A stretch of DNA of 64,000 nucleotides from Leptolyngbyaceae cyanobacterium (GTDB taxonomy: Bacteria > Cyanobacteriota > Cyanobacteriia > Phormidesmidales > Phormidesmidaceae), in contig CBDHHL010000032.1 of assembly GCA_965263355.1 (NCBI GenBank), forward strand, positions 1,312,001 through 1,376,000, read 5' to 3'. The position numbers were made by a program, and so were the translations under genes. This document shows, one piece after another, positions 10,458 to 20,274 of this stretch. Position 1 is the stretch's first letter; the number at the start of each line of letters is the position of its first letter. The notes under the pieces are model-generated. The model worked only from the letters and a program-made list of their open reading frames with translations. It searched no databases and was not told where the DNA came from.

Positions 10458-10811
10458 ATGACACAAACACTTGATCCAATACCGGTTGATAACACTAATA
10501 CGACCCTCTGTTGCTATGTAAATAGCTCTAGTAAAATTCAAGTAGCTAGGATTACAAATATTTCAAATTGGTATTTTGAGCGCGTTGTTTTTCCAGGACA
10601 GCGTTTGATGTTTGAGGCTGATATCGAGGGTCAATTAGAAATTCATTCTGGCTCGATGGCAAGCTCTATATTAGAAGATACGATTTCCTGTGCTCGTTTA
10701 AGGGTGGACCAGGTCGATGATTCCTTTAGTGATATTGCTATTAGTTCAAATTTAGAGATGGAATGTGATGCCGCATCGACCTTGGGTGCTAGACAACCAG
10801 TCAGTGCATAA
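10458..10811 (+). CDS. DUF1830 domain protein
   Basis: CCYVN.SSKIQVARITNI.NWYFERVVFPGQRL.FEA motif. Confidence 0.85.
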   Translation: MTQTLDPIPVDNTNTTLCCYVNSSSKIQVARITNISNWYFERVVFPGQRLMFEADIEGQLEIHSGSMASSILEDTISCARLRVDQVDDSFSDIAISSNLEMECDAASTLGARQPVSA

Positions 10812-11002
10812 TTCAGTGCATAATTTAGTGGTCCGTTAGGCCTAAGATTTAGGATGAGGGTAGTCAAGGGTGAAGCGTCAAACGGGATGAAGAGTTACTC
10901 TTTATCAGTGCAGGCTCCTAATTTTTAGCGTTGATGCTTCACTAGTGCAGCAGCCAACCTCTTTGATACAGTCAAGGTGCTGTAGAGTTTGAGTCGGCAT
11001 TC

Positions 11003-11437
11003 ATGGACTTGCCATCTTTTATATGGTTATGGCGGATTGCGGCTTGGTCCATGGGACTGTCGCTGACGGTTTATGTAGGGTTGTTGCTGACCGGTAGCGG
11101 CATTTGGTACACACGTTCTAATCAAAAGCCTCAGCCAACCTGGCTGAGGCTTTTGCATATTGTGTTAGGCGGTGTGTTGGTTGCTTTGGTATTACTGCTT
11201 TTAAGTATTGGTATTATTGGCACCCTGGGGGAACATGGCAGTTTAGGCCATTCCTGGCATTTGGGGGCCGGTTTACTCGTCGTTAGTTTAGTGCTGGCAT
11301 CGACGGCGGCAGCATCTCAGATTTGGAGGGGGGATTGGGTGCGATCGCTCCACGTTGCGATCAATGCACTGCTCTTTTTTGCCTTCGCAGCCGTCAGCTA
11401 CAGCGGCTGGACCGTCGTACAGCAATATTTGCCTTAG
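11003..11437 (+). CDS. DUF4079 family membrane protein
   Basis: MDLPSFIWLWRIAAWSMGLS start; His-bearing transmembrane helices (GSLGHSWH). Confidence 0.75.
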   Translation: MDLPSFIWLWRIAAWSMGLSLTVYVGLLLTGSGIWYTRSNQKPQPTWLRLLHIVLGGVLVALVLLLLSIGIIGTLGEHGSLGHSWHLGAGLLVVSLVLASTAAASQIWRGDWVRSLHVAINALLFFAFAAVSYSGWTVVQQYLP

Positions 11438-11875
11438 AAATGAAACTTTACGCAATAAACAGTTGCATTTCTAAATTTCCATTATATTAAGGCAGATGAA
11501 TAGCGAGTGAATTGATTATACAAAACACACCTAAATTTGTTATTCTAGAGAATGCGCTTACGGGCTGACTAGAGCTGAATTAGTTCTTAGTTCATAAATG
11601 CTAGAACATGCTTACTAATTATACCAATATTCTGAGTCAAGGAAATTGATTCGGAATTTTTATTTTTCTCTGGGTATCTCCTTAGTGAAGGTACTCAATA
11701 CTTTTCACGGATATTTCTCCACCTGAGTATGTGATATGTTTCAAGCCTTATTAATTGAAGGTTAAGAGTTTTAGCTTATTTTAAGCCTGAGTTAAATTGC
11801 TCAGCTCTTGTGGTTATTATTCGGTTAATTTTACGTGGGCATTTTTTAAGGCTAAGGGAGTTTGCATTAGTAGAC

Positions 11876-12547
11876 ATGGCGCATAAAAAGGGTACCGGTA
11901 GTACTAGAAATGGTCGAGACTCTAATGCCAAACGTCTGGGCGTAAAACGATACGGTGGCGAGCGTGTAAGTGCTGGCAGTATTTTAGTGCGCCAAAGGGG
12001 TACCAAAATACTGCCAGGAAATAATGTTAAGCGGGGCGGGGATGATACCCTTTTTGCCTTGATCGAAGGGATCGTAACGTTTGAGCGCAAAGGTAAATCA
12101 CGTAAGAAAATAAGCGTTTACCCACATTTTCTCAACTTGGATGAAAGAGACGCAATAATGGACGGCAAATTTACTCAAGTACATGAAAGTCAGGATAAGT
12201 TTACCGATTCATATGTTAATAAATTTAATGAATCTGCTATAGTCCAAACGGCTCATACAACAGGTACTACAACTAAGCAAGAATCATTGTCTAAGTCTGT
12301 GGCACGTCGATTTAAACAGGTCTCAAGAGAGCCTCTAAACAAAAAGAACCCTCAGGGAGAAATGACATTAAAGGCTATTGAGAAAGAGTTGGCCAAACTC
12401 TTAGGTTCAGAAGAAAAAGCAAAAGCTTGGCTCAATAAGCCTCATCGTGAACTTAGCAACAAAACACCTGCAAGAATGATTCAAGCTGGCCATAGTAATG
12501 TAGTTTTTCAACTAATTTTATCAATTGCAAGTGGGATTCCAAGCTAG
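11876..12547 (+). CDS. rpmA: Ribosomal protein L27 paralog fused to an MbcA/ParS/Xre-type antitoxin C-terminal domain
   Basis: [16 protein letters not shown]...KKISVYP is a complete L27; C-terminal [28 protein letters not shown] fits the toxin-binding domain; aagggag upstream of ATG 11876. Confidence 0.85.
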   Translation: MAHKKGTGSTRNGRDSNAKRLGVKRYGGERVSAGSILVRQRGTKILPGNNVKRGGDDTLFALIEGIVTFERKGKSRKKISVYPHFLNLDERDAIMDGKFTQVHESQDKFTDSYVNKFNESAIVQTAHTTGTTTKQESLSKSVARRFKQVSREPLNKKNPQGEMTLKAIEKELAKLLGSEEKAKAWLNKPHRELSNKTPARMIQAGHSNVVFQLILSIASGIPS

Positions 12548-12883
12548 CCTGGCTTTAAGTATAGTTTGTCAAATTATTACAACTACATACTATTCTAAAC
12601 ACCTCATTACATCACTATGTGGTTGTATAGACGTCCCTATTTACTTTTGAAATGGTTTAATATACCCTGATGAAAAACATTAAAAGTATCGGTATATACA
12701 CAGTGTTTAGGTTTGTACGGAGACATAAGCGAAAGCATGCATGATTTATGTGCAAAACATACATAGCTCAAGTGTGATTTGCAGCACATTACAGTAATAC
12801 TTGATGTCACGATATTTATTTGTGCCTTCAAGTAAGGTCAGTTATGTCGACGGAAAGTAGGTTCTCTGCGTGGAGTTTTGTAG

Positions 12884-13528
12884 TTGCTAATGCAAGGTCG
12901 GGGTTGGCGTCTTATCTTAGAAAGTCGTTTCACTATCGAACAAATTATCAATGGTTTGGATGCACTTGAACATGCAGGTAGATACAATCCGCCACCTGAA
13001 ATGGTTGGTAAAGAAAATGCTTTTAGGGTGGTTTACCTCTCAGGTAGTGCTAGAACTGCTCATCAAGAGATACGAGGTCGTGCAGGCGCAGACATTAGAA
13101 ATCATACACTTATTGAATTTGAATACGTGCTACAGGATAATGCATGGATTGACCTAACGGATGAAGCTATTCAACGTGAGTTTGGCGTAACAATCAGCGA
13201 GCTTTACGAAAACTGGCGTTTTCTCAATGCTCAAAATCAACTTTCTACAACCCAAAGGATTGGCATAAGTGCCTATGCGAATGGTCAGATTGAGGCCATC
13301 AAGGTACCTTCAGTTCGAGATGATGGAGGCTTCAACTGGGTGATTTTTCCAGACAGGTTTCATCCAAACAGTTACATTAACTTTACACCTTCTCAAAAAG
13401 TAAGCATCAGTCAGAACATAGACTTTGATGAGGTTAGCTCTGATATGGATGTTGAAGATGAACAAAATAATTCATTAAGCGAACAAAGAGCCATAGCCGA
13501 AGAACTCATGGGCGACTCTAAATTTTAA
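12884..13528 (+). CDS. RES-domain toxin (NAD+ phosphorylase/ADP-ribosyltransferase fold)
   Basis: GWR, GRYN, VVYLS..ARTAHQE and IKVPSVR..GGFNWVIF match the RES motif order; GGAG upstream. Confidence 0.8.
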   Translation: MLMQGRGWRLILESRFTIEQIINGLDALEHAGRYNPPPEMVGKENAFRVVYLSGSARTAHQEIRGRAGADIRNHTLIEFEYVLQDNAWIDLTDEAIQREFGVTISELYENWRFLNAQNQLSTTQRIGISAYANGQIEAIKVPSVRDDGGFNWVIFPDRFHPNSYINFTPSQKVSISQNIDFDEVSSDMDVEDEQNNSLSEQRAIAEELMGDSKF

Positions 13529-13594
13529 TCAAAAATTCAATTACAATTGAACTCCTTTTAATAGCCTGAATTTGTAAATTTCAGAAAGCTACGC

Positions 13595-15652
13595 TCACAC
13601 AACTATTCTTGTCTTCTGAATTCTTATATATCTCAGACTTACTTGAGCAATTCGATTTTCTGGAAAAAACTGGATTAGCTCTTCTAAACTTTTTTGTGCT
13701 TTTGAGAGATAGTATGAAATGTGTTGTCTCGATAACGCTTCTCGATAAAACATCTTGGAACTATTGCTGTCATTAATTACAATATGATAGAGCGCTAGAT
13801 GTAAGATATTATCTATGTTGTTTGGATTTCGCTCATAAAACAACTGAGCCATGCGTATAGCTTTATAGATATCCCTTTCTGCACTCTCTTCATTACCTGT
13901 TACTCGATGTATGATAGAACGCCAATATAGGGTCCAGTTTGAAGAAGGGCTTAATTCCAGAGCGTGTTTAAAATCAGTCATCGCCTGCCCATATTTTCCA
14001 ATTAGGCCATATACCTCTCCACGTCTTCGAATCGCCCAACGGTAGTCGGGCTTTAACTTGATAGCCTGATTGAAGTCACCTAACGCTTTCTTATAGTCCT
14101 GTCTAAACCGATAAAGCTGTCCTCTTTGCGCAATAGCCCATACATAAGCAGGATCTATTACTATGGCACGGTTGAAATCTTGTAGAGCCTCTTCATACCT
14201 TTCGATTTCCCGATAAAAACGTCCTCTTGCTGCAACTGACCAAGCGTAGCTTGAATTAAGTTCAATAGAATGATTAAAATCTTCTAAAGCTTCTTCATAT
14301 TTATAAATTTGACGTAGTTGCCAACCTCTTTTCGCTAATGCTTTGAAATGATTCGGAGTTAGCTTCAAAACCTGACTATAACTCTTAATTGCCTCATCAT
14401 GGCGTTTTAATTCAGACAGAACTTTACCAAGGTTGTACCAAGCCGTAGGATCATTGGGCTCAATTTTAGCTGCTCTTTCATAGAGGTAAATAGCTTCCTG
14501 TTTCCGACTTAAGCTATCAGCAATGAGTCCTTGAAGCGTCCAAATTCTAATGTCATCAGGTTTCAACTGCAGCGCTCTATCACCACTAACTATAGCTTCT
14601 TCGTAGCGTCCTAATAGAAAAAAAGCAATAGCCTTATTGTGCCAAAAATCACTTATATCTGAATTTAAGCTAATTGCCTTATCGTAGCTTTCTACAGCCT
14701 CTTCATAGCGACCTAGTTTAGTAAGTGCAATACCTCGATTATAAAAAGCTGTTGTATAGCTTGGATTTAGTTTAATAGCTTGATTAAAACTTTCTATGGC
14801 TGCATCTGCTAACTTACTTTTTGCAGATGTGGTAGTCTCAATAGACTCAATATTAGTAAGTATTAGACCTTTGCTATTCCAAGCAGTTTCGTTGCTAGGA
14901 TCAACCTCTAAAATATGCTCAAAACAGCTAAGAGAGGCTTTGTAGTCTTTCAATAAATATAAAATCTCTCCTTTCTGCAAACATAGATCTATTGTCCTTG
15001 AATCATTTGATTCTGTTTTAGCTAATAACTCTTGAACTTGTGATAGCCTCTGAATTAGATCATTTGGCGTTAAGTGATCGTATTTCCTAAGTCCCTCTCT
15101 CTGAGCTGGTTGCTTAGATTTTTGTGCTGTTTCCTTAGGCCCAACTGCTAAATCAAATACGCCCGAACTCCAATCGAAAAAATCTGGTGCACGCCGCATA
15201 AAATATTTGACTGCAAACCCTGGCAAAAAGAAAACAAAACAAGCATGACTGAAGTGCTCACGAAATCTTTCTCGCTGTTGATTTAGATGACTAAGGATTT
15301 GAGGAACTGAGTTTAGATTATAGTAGCTGCCTTCACCCCCATAACCAGGTTTAATGTCAGCTTCTAAAGACTTTTCTAAACCTTGAATCAAGAAAATATC
15401 AACTTGATTTCGATTATCATGATTTGCGACTAAATCATAAAGGTTCTCAATAGGGGCAGTTAGTCCTAAAGTGCCAATTTTTTTCTGAGATAAGTCATCT
15501 TTAATCTGAGGAATTAAATCAAAAGCTTCTGTTGGAGAACATTCTACAAAAACAATGCCAAACCCTTTGCGTCTCCTCAGGGAACGGATTAAAGCTCTAT
15601 ATACTTCTTCTTTGGTCAGAAAAAGACTTCCAGTGTCCTTTGTCACTGTCAT
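13595..15652 (-). CDS. Tetratricopeptide-repeat protein with an N-terminal HLNQQRE/APDFFDW domain
   Basis: About ten TPR motifs; this N-domain is typical of partners of cyanobacterial P-loop ATPases. Confidence 0.85.
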   Translation of the reverse strand: MTVTKDTGSLFLTKEEVYRALIRSLRRRKGFGIVFVECSPTEAFDLIPQIKDDLSQKKIGTLGLTAPIENLYDLVANHDNRNQVDIFLIQGLEKSLEADIKPGYGGEGSYYNLNSVPQILSHLNQQRERFREHFSHACFVFFLPGFAVKYFMRRAPDFFDWSSGVFDLAVGPKETAQKSKQPAQREGLRKYDHLTPNDLIQRLSQVQELLAKTESNDSRTIDLCLQKGEILYLLKDYKASLSCFEHILEVDPSNETAWNSKGLILTNIESIETTTSAKSKLADAAIESFNQAIKLNPSYTTAFYNRGIALTKLGRYEEAVESYDKAISLNSDISDFWHNKAIAFFLLGRYEEAIVSGDRALQLKPDDIRIWTLQGLIADSLSRKQEAIYLYERAAKIEPNDPTAWYNLGKVLSELKRHDEAIKSYSQVLKLTPNHFKALAKRGWQLRQIYKYEEALEDFNHSIELNSSYAWSVAARGRFYREIERYEEALQDFNRAIVIDPAYVWAIAQRGQLYRFRQDYKKALGDFNQAIKLKPDYRWAIRRRGEVYGLIGKYGQAMTDFKHALELSPSSNWTLYWRSIIHRVTGNEESAERDIYKAIRMAQLFYERNPNNIDNILHLALYHIVINDSNSSKMFYREALSRQHISYYLSKAQKSLEELIQFFPENRIAQVSLRYIRIQKTRIVV

Positions 15653-15654
15653 GG

Positions 15655-17022
15655 TTAGTTTATTCTAGAGAGAGCTTCTTGAAACTGCCTGATGCCTTCT
15701 ACCAGTGGATGAACGTTACACCAGGTTTGTAAAGCCTCATTTTCATCGTAATAACGATATTCCAATAGGCAACGATTTAACAGGAGTCGTAAATGAGCTT
15801 CATCTCGCTTGATTTGTCTATGGTGATAGACATTTGCCAATAAATCCCACTGATCTTCTTGAATTTGACGACGGTAAGTTTGCCGCGCTTCTTCAACAGC
15901 TCGATTGACAGCTTGAGCAGTAATGGGTAACTCCTCTGTCCAATCAATTGCTTTTTGAATCAGCTGCATCAGATTTCTGACATGCCCTCCACTCATCAGG
16001 CAAAGCTTATCTAACGTTTCTGAATTATCAAAAACTGGAGGAATCTCTAATCCTTCTACAGAACCCACTAAAGTTTGGGTAAGTCTAGAGTCAATTATTT
16101 GAATACGTCGTGAAATCAGTTCCTTGAGTTTATTCAGGCCTTGCTGATTAGCACTATTGTCAAAGTTCCGAACCATAACCATAGGTAATACATCAGGCGT
16201 ATCATAGTTGTCCTCTAATCGAGTTGCCCGACCGGAATAGACCATTGTAATGGGGACAGTATAGATAACATGGCATTCCAATCCCTTAAGCATTTCACTC
16301 CGATTCAGATAGATTTCATCGTAATTACTGGGTTTCCCTTCTTCTTTTGTTTCGACAATTCGGTCTAAATTATCGACAATAATTACTAAACCTTGATTTT
16401 TCTCAGGGGGTAATACCTCCCGAGCTTGAATAATAAAGTCGTTAAGAGCATTTATTAAAGAGGGAGTATGGTTATTGATCCTTTTGCGTAGCTCGCGACG
16501 TTTATCTGGGACTGCTTTCAGATTTGCCATGATTTTTGCAAATTGAGAAACCTGAGCTTCCAAGCTTAACCCTTCAAACTCCACTTCCGTTAAGGCTAGA
16601 TCTCTAAGGGATACCCAACGTTGTTCAAGCCACTGAAGCAAAGGATTGTGATTTATTAGCTTAATTTCCTCAACTAAATGACGGGTACAAGCAAACAGAA
16701 TTTCTGCATAATCTGTATCTTGAGGTTCGATATCCAGCTCATCAGCGGCAAAGTAAACAACGAAATATTTATTTTTTTCCAAATACTCTTTGAGTCTTGA
16801 AAGTTCTGTGGATTTGCCAACACCTCGGTGTCCCGTGTAAAGCTGACAGGTTGGTTTTCTCGAACGAGTAATCTTACGTCCCAGCTCTCGAATAACATCC
16901 CATTTGCCACGAACTTCCTGACAGTCTACGTAAGCTTCCTTCGACGGTGGTTGAAAAGGTTCGAATGAGCTGTAGATCTCTATCAATAATTCTTCTGACT
17001 TCAAATTCAAGGGAAACCTCAC
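15655..17022 (-). CDS. P-loop ATPase (AAA/KAP-like)
   Basis: Walker A GHRGVGKSTE, Walker B LVIIVDNLD, SGGHVRNL; 2 bp upstream of the TPR gene. Confidence 0.85.
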   Translation of the reverse strand: MRFPLNLKSEELLIEIYSSFEPFQPPSKEAYVDCQEVRGKWDVIRELGRKITRSRKPTCQLYTGHRGVGKSTELSRLKEYLEKNKYFVVYFAADELDIEPQDTDYAEILFACTRHLVEEIKLINHNPLLQWLEQRWVSLRDLALTEVEFEGLSLEAQVSQFAKIMANLKAVPDKRRELRKRINNHTPSLINALNDFIIQAREVLPPEKNQGLVIIVDNLDRIVETKEEGKPSNYDEIYLNRSEMLKGLECHVIYTVPITMVYSGRATRLEDNYDTPDVLPMVMVRNFDNSANQQGLNKLKELISRRIQIIDSRLTQTLVGSVEGLEIPPVFDNSETLDKLCLMSGGHVRNLMQLIQKAIDWTEELPITAQAVNRAVEEARQTYRRQIQEDQWDLLANVYHHRQIKRDEAHLRLLLNRCLLEYRYYDENEALQTWCNVHPLVEGIRQFQEALSRIN

Positions 17023-17289
17023 TTAGAACAGCATTCGAAGCTACAGAGATGAACCTAAGACACAAAACCCGACACTTCAAGCTTTTACTTAACTAACAAA
17101 GAAATATCTTTAATTAGTTTTTCCCTTATTGCAAAAGCTATTCAATACAAAATGAGTCTAACAAGAGATGTTTCAACTGTCCTTGTTCATGCGTAATTTC
17201 TTCAAGGCATTTCAATTCCCTACATTAGGTAAATAGCCTAGACTGACAGTGTTAACTTTTATTGATTATCAACTAGCTCATTAATATTT

Positions 17290-17844
17290 ATGCAATCAGC
17301 TGATTCCAGTAAGTCCCTGGATCGATTTCGTATTTCGCCACTGATTAAGGTAACCTTGCTCAGTTTTTATGTTGCTTTGTTGTTGCCATTACCATTTTTG
17401 GCCCAAGCAACGGACGCACCGATTAGCCCTAAAGTGCTGGTGTCACTCGCAATATTGGGTGCTGCACTGTTAGGGGCAGGCTTGAGTGAGCAGGTACATA
17501 CCTCTGATGACGGCATTGCTATGGTGTCACCGTTACCATGGCGGGGTTGGTCACTCCAGTGGTCCGAAATTAAGTCCCTCAAGCCTCGGTCCACAGGGCA
17601 AAATGGAACGGTTTACTACTTTATTACCGAGGCAGCCGACCGAGCTTATCTATTACCAATGCGGGTGGTAGGGTTTGCCCGACTAGTGCGCACCGTGGAA
17701 GCAAAAACCGGGATTGATACCCAGGATGTGACACCGCTGGCTCAACCTTGGATGTATCTGTTTTTGCTAATTATGACAGTATTTCTATTGCTGATGGACG
17801 CCTGGACAGTATGGACAGCCACCCATGGCGGTGTTGTAGGTTAA
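17290..17844 (+). CDS. Conserved cyanobacterial membrane protein
   Basis: FRISPLI...LPLPFLA and AYLLPMR...PLAQPWMY motifs; transmembrane helices. Confidence 0.7.
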   Translation: MQSADSSKSLDRFRISPLIKVTLLSFYVALLLPLPFLAQATDAPISPKVLVSLAILGAALLGAGLSEQVHTSDDGIAMVSPLPWRGWSLQWSEIKSLKPRSTGQNGTVYYFITEAADRAYLLPMRVVGFARLVRTVEAKTGIDTQDVTPLAQPWMYLFLLIMTVFLLLMDAWTVWTATHGGVVG

Positions 17845-17897
17845 TGGCGTAGGGTGGGCATTGTCCACCTTTCTAAATGATGATTAGGTGACGTGTT

Positions 17898-18659
17898 TTG
17901 AAACAGGATGAAGCGGTCCTTGAATTTAAAGATGTATCCCTGCGGGCTGGTGTGGGCATTGGTCTACTGCTAGACCAACTATCATTTGCGATCGCACCCC
18001 AAACCCGCCTAGCCATTGTCGGCCCATCTGGCGCAGGCAAAACCTCCCTATTACGCCTGATCAACCGCCTTACAGACCCCACCAGCGGCCAAATCTACTA
18101 CCGGCAAAAACCCCTAACCCAATATTCAGTCATCGACCTACGGCGACAGATTGGCCTGGTCATGCAAGATAGTAAACTACTTGACCAATCTGTCGAAGCA
18201 ACCCTGTGTTACCCAGCTCGATTACGGGGCATCTCAGCTGCCTCTGCCAGACAAACCCTACAGCCCTGGTTAGAGCGGTTAAAAATTCCCCAAGATTGGC
18301 TCAGACGACAATCGGTGGAGCTATCGGTAGGGCAGCGGCAACGGGTTGCGATCGCACGCACCCTAATCACCCAACCAGACATCATCCTGCTGGACGAACC
18401 CACAGCCGCCCAAGACATGGGCTATGCCCAGCACCTGCTCACCTATCTCGCCAACCTAGAGAACGAAAGTACCGTGGTTATGGTCAACCACCAACTAGAG
18501 CTAATGGCCGATTGGGCCACCCATATTTTGCACTTACAGCAAGGTAAGGTGATTAGCTACCAACCCGCTAGCCAGCTAAATTGGCATGGCCTAAAGCAGT
18601 CCATCGTAGACGCCCAAAAAGACGATGACTGGGATGATGACTGGGACGAAAAAACGTAG
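17898..18659 (+). CDS. ABC transporter ATP-binding protein
   Basis: GPSGAGKT, LSVGQRQR, LLDEPT and H-loop. Confidence 0.9.
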   Translation: MKQDEAVLEFKDVSLRAGVGIGLLLDQLSFAIAPQTRLAIVGPSGAGKTSLLRLINRLTDPTSGQIYYRQKPLTQYSVIDLRRQIGLVMQDSKLLDQSVEATLCYPARLRGISAASARQTLQPWLERLKIPQDWLRRQSVELSVGQRQRVAIARTLITQPDIILLDEPTAAQDMGYAQHLLTYLANLENESTVVMVNHQLELMADWATHILHLQQGKVISYQPASQLNWHGLKQSIVDAQKDDDWDDDWDEKT

Positions 18660-18684
18660 GGATGTTCCATGGAACGCCCCTACG
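18655..18684. repeat. GTAG-type REP palindrome
   Basis: cgtagggatgttccatggaacgcccctacg. Confidence 0.85.
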
Positions 18685-18716
18685 TTTTTTCACTGCAATT
18701 TTTTGCGTTGATAAAT

Positions 18717-19463
18717 TTATCCAACCGCATTAATGGCCTTAACCGGTCCCATGCCCACAGGCTGATGATTATTAGTATGCAGCCGCTCAATATTTAGCCG
18801 ATAGCCAACATTACGAACAGTCTGAATCACACTGGGCTGACGCGGATCCACCTCAATCTTTTTGCGCAACGACAACACATGGGTATCTACTGTCCGTGGA
18901 TTATCAATCGCATCGGGCCAGGCTCGTCGCAGCAGATCCGCCCGACTCAACGGAGACCCCTCGGCCTGGGTAAGCACATAAAGCAAACTAAATTCCTGGG
19001 GCGTCAGATCAATAAACTGCTCTTTAAAGCGCACACGACGCTGCACCAGGTCAATATTTAGATCCCCATAGGTCAAAGACGCAGGGGCCGTGATCTTACG
19101 ATTACGTCGAGTTAACGCTTCAACACGGGCCAAAAACTCTTGCATCCCAAAGGGCTTTTTCAAATAATCATCAGCCCCCGCCTGCAGTCCTGCTACCACA
19201 TCCGGTTCGCCCGACTTAGCCGAAAGAATCATCACTAGCGGACGTCCCCGCTGCTGAAACCACTGGCAAAGTTCCAAACCACTCCCATCCGACAGATCAG
19301 TTTCCATAATCACCAGACTAGGCTGGGCCGTCTGAAAGGTTTCCTTAGCCCGCACAATGTCCGCAGACTGGTTCACCCGGTAACCTGCCTGCTGAAGATG
19401 CCAACTAAGTAGCGATCGCAGGTGGGGATTACCCTCAATAATTTGAATACACGTAGAGGCCAC
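18717..19463 (-). CDS. nrrA: OmpR-family response regulator, NrrA-like
   Basis: EGNPHLRSLL.WHLQQ N-terminus and winged helix (RTVDTHVLSLRKK); canonical NtcA promoter upstream. Confidence 0.75.
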   Translation of the reverse strand: MASTCIQIIEGNPHLRSLLSWHLQQAGYRVNQSADIVRAKETFQTAQPSLVIMETDLSDGSGLELCQWFQQRGRPLVMILSAKSGEPDVVAGLQAGADDYLKKPFGMQEFLARVEALTRRNRKITAPASLTYGDLNIDLVQRRVRFKEQFIDLTPQEFSLLYVLTQAEGSPLSRADLLRRAWPDAIDNPRTVDTHVLSLRKKIEVDPRQPSVIQTVRNVGYRLNIERLHTNNHQPVGMGPVKAINAVG

Positions 19464-19503
19464 AGCTAACCAAGAAGCCCAGGCTTCATAACACTCTCGT
19501 AGA

Positions 19504-19545
19504 AGAGTATCAAAGACTATAGGAATATTTTGTAGTTGCGGCTAC
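19504..19545 (-). promoter_or_regulatory. NtcA-activated promoter of nrrA
   Basis: Minus strand GTAGCCGCAACTAC-N22-TACTCT matches GTA-N8-TAC-N22-TAN3T. Confidence 0.8.
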
Positions 19546-19944
19546 GGGCTGAAGGGGCATTCACATTTATATCTGCCCTTGGTGCAGTTACCCAAAGCAC
19601 ACAGACACTAACGTAAATCTACTGATTAACCCTATACGATTTACAAAGGAAGAGTGCCTTCCCTTGGTTAAGCTGATAAAATCTTAGAGAGAATACTGAA
19701 AAAACAAGAAAAGTTTACATAAAGCTGAGCGAACGAATAATTGGTGCGAAAATAAATATATAGCTGTATCTACCTCTTCAGTTTTCGTTTTACACCTGTT
19801 CTTTCGTCACTACATTTACCCTACCCCCACTGGTAAATGTCAGTTATTTAGCAGAACGTCAATCAGCAACCCCCCATTATTTGACTCATCCACAGCAATA
19901 GTAAACCGGTCCCAGACTAACGGTATAGAGGAGGCCCTTACCTT

Positions 19945-20193
19945 ATGCTCCAAGATGCAAAAACAATTCGCTACTACCAAAGAATTACAGACGCCCTAGT
20001 TGATCAATGGCATCGTGGTTATCGTGTTGATGATTTACGGCGCTATATTGCAGGCTACTTAGCAGCGCTCCGTCATTCTGATGCATTGGAACCTTATCTT
20101 GTTCATCGTTTAGAAGAAGAAGTTGGACGGTTTCTATTTGATTCATCAAACTTCGCCATGGTTCAAGCTCAGCCTGAGCATGACTATCGTTAG
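19945..20193 (+). CDS. Conserved cyanobacterial small protein (DUF6761-like)
   Basis: MLQD..TIRYYQRITDA...HRLEEE...D.SNF; strong gaggagg RBS. Confidence 0.75.
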   Translation: MLQDAKTIRYYQRITDALVDQWHRGYRVDDLRRYIAGYLAALRHSDALEPYLVHRLEEEVGRFLFDSSNFAMVQAQPEHDYR

Positions 20194-20274
20194 GAACTAT
20201 TATCAAAAGCAAAGCGAGGCAGCCATAAATACTAGCCCCGCTTTATTTTTTATGTTCGAGGTATAAAGCCTTAT

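Noticed and set aside
11810..11875. N-terminal extension on L27, as in Prp-cleaved Firmicute L27
   Set aside because: Only an upstream GTG in the ORF track; the RBS-like aagggag lies inside it and the canonical MAHKKG start is at 11876
12354..12364. Internal restart (agggaga-a-ATG) producing a free antitoxin
   Set aside because: SD-to-ATG spacing is only 1-3 nt, too short to support without data
12637..12831. 64-aa minus-strand ORF between the fusion and RES
   Set aside because: Non-ATG start, no recognisable motif, AT-rich; probably spurious
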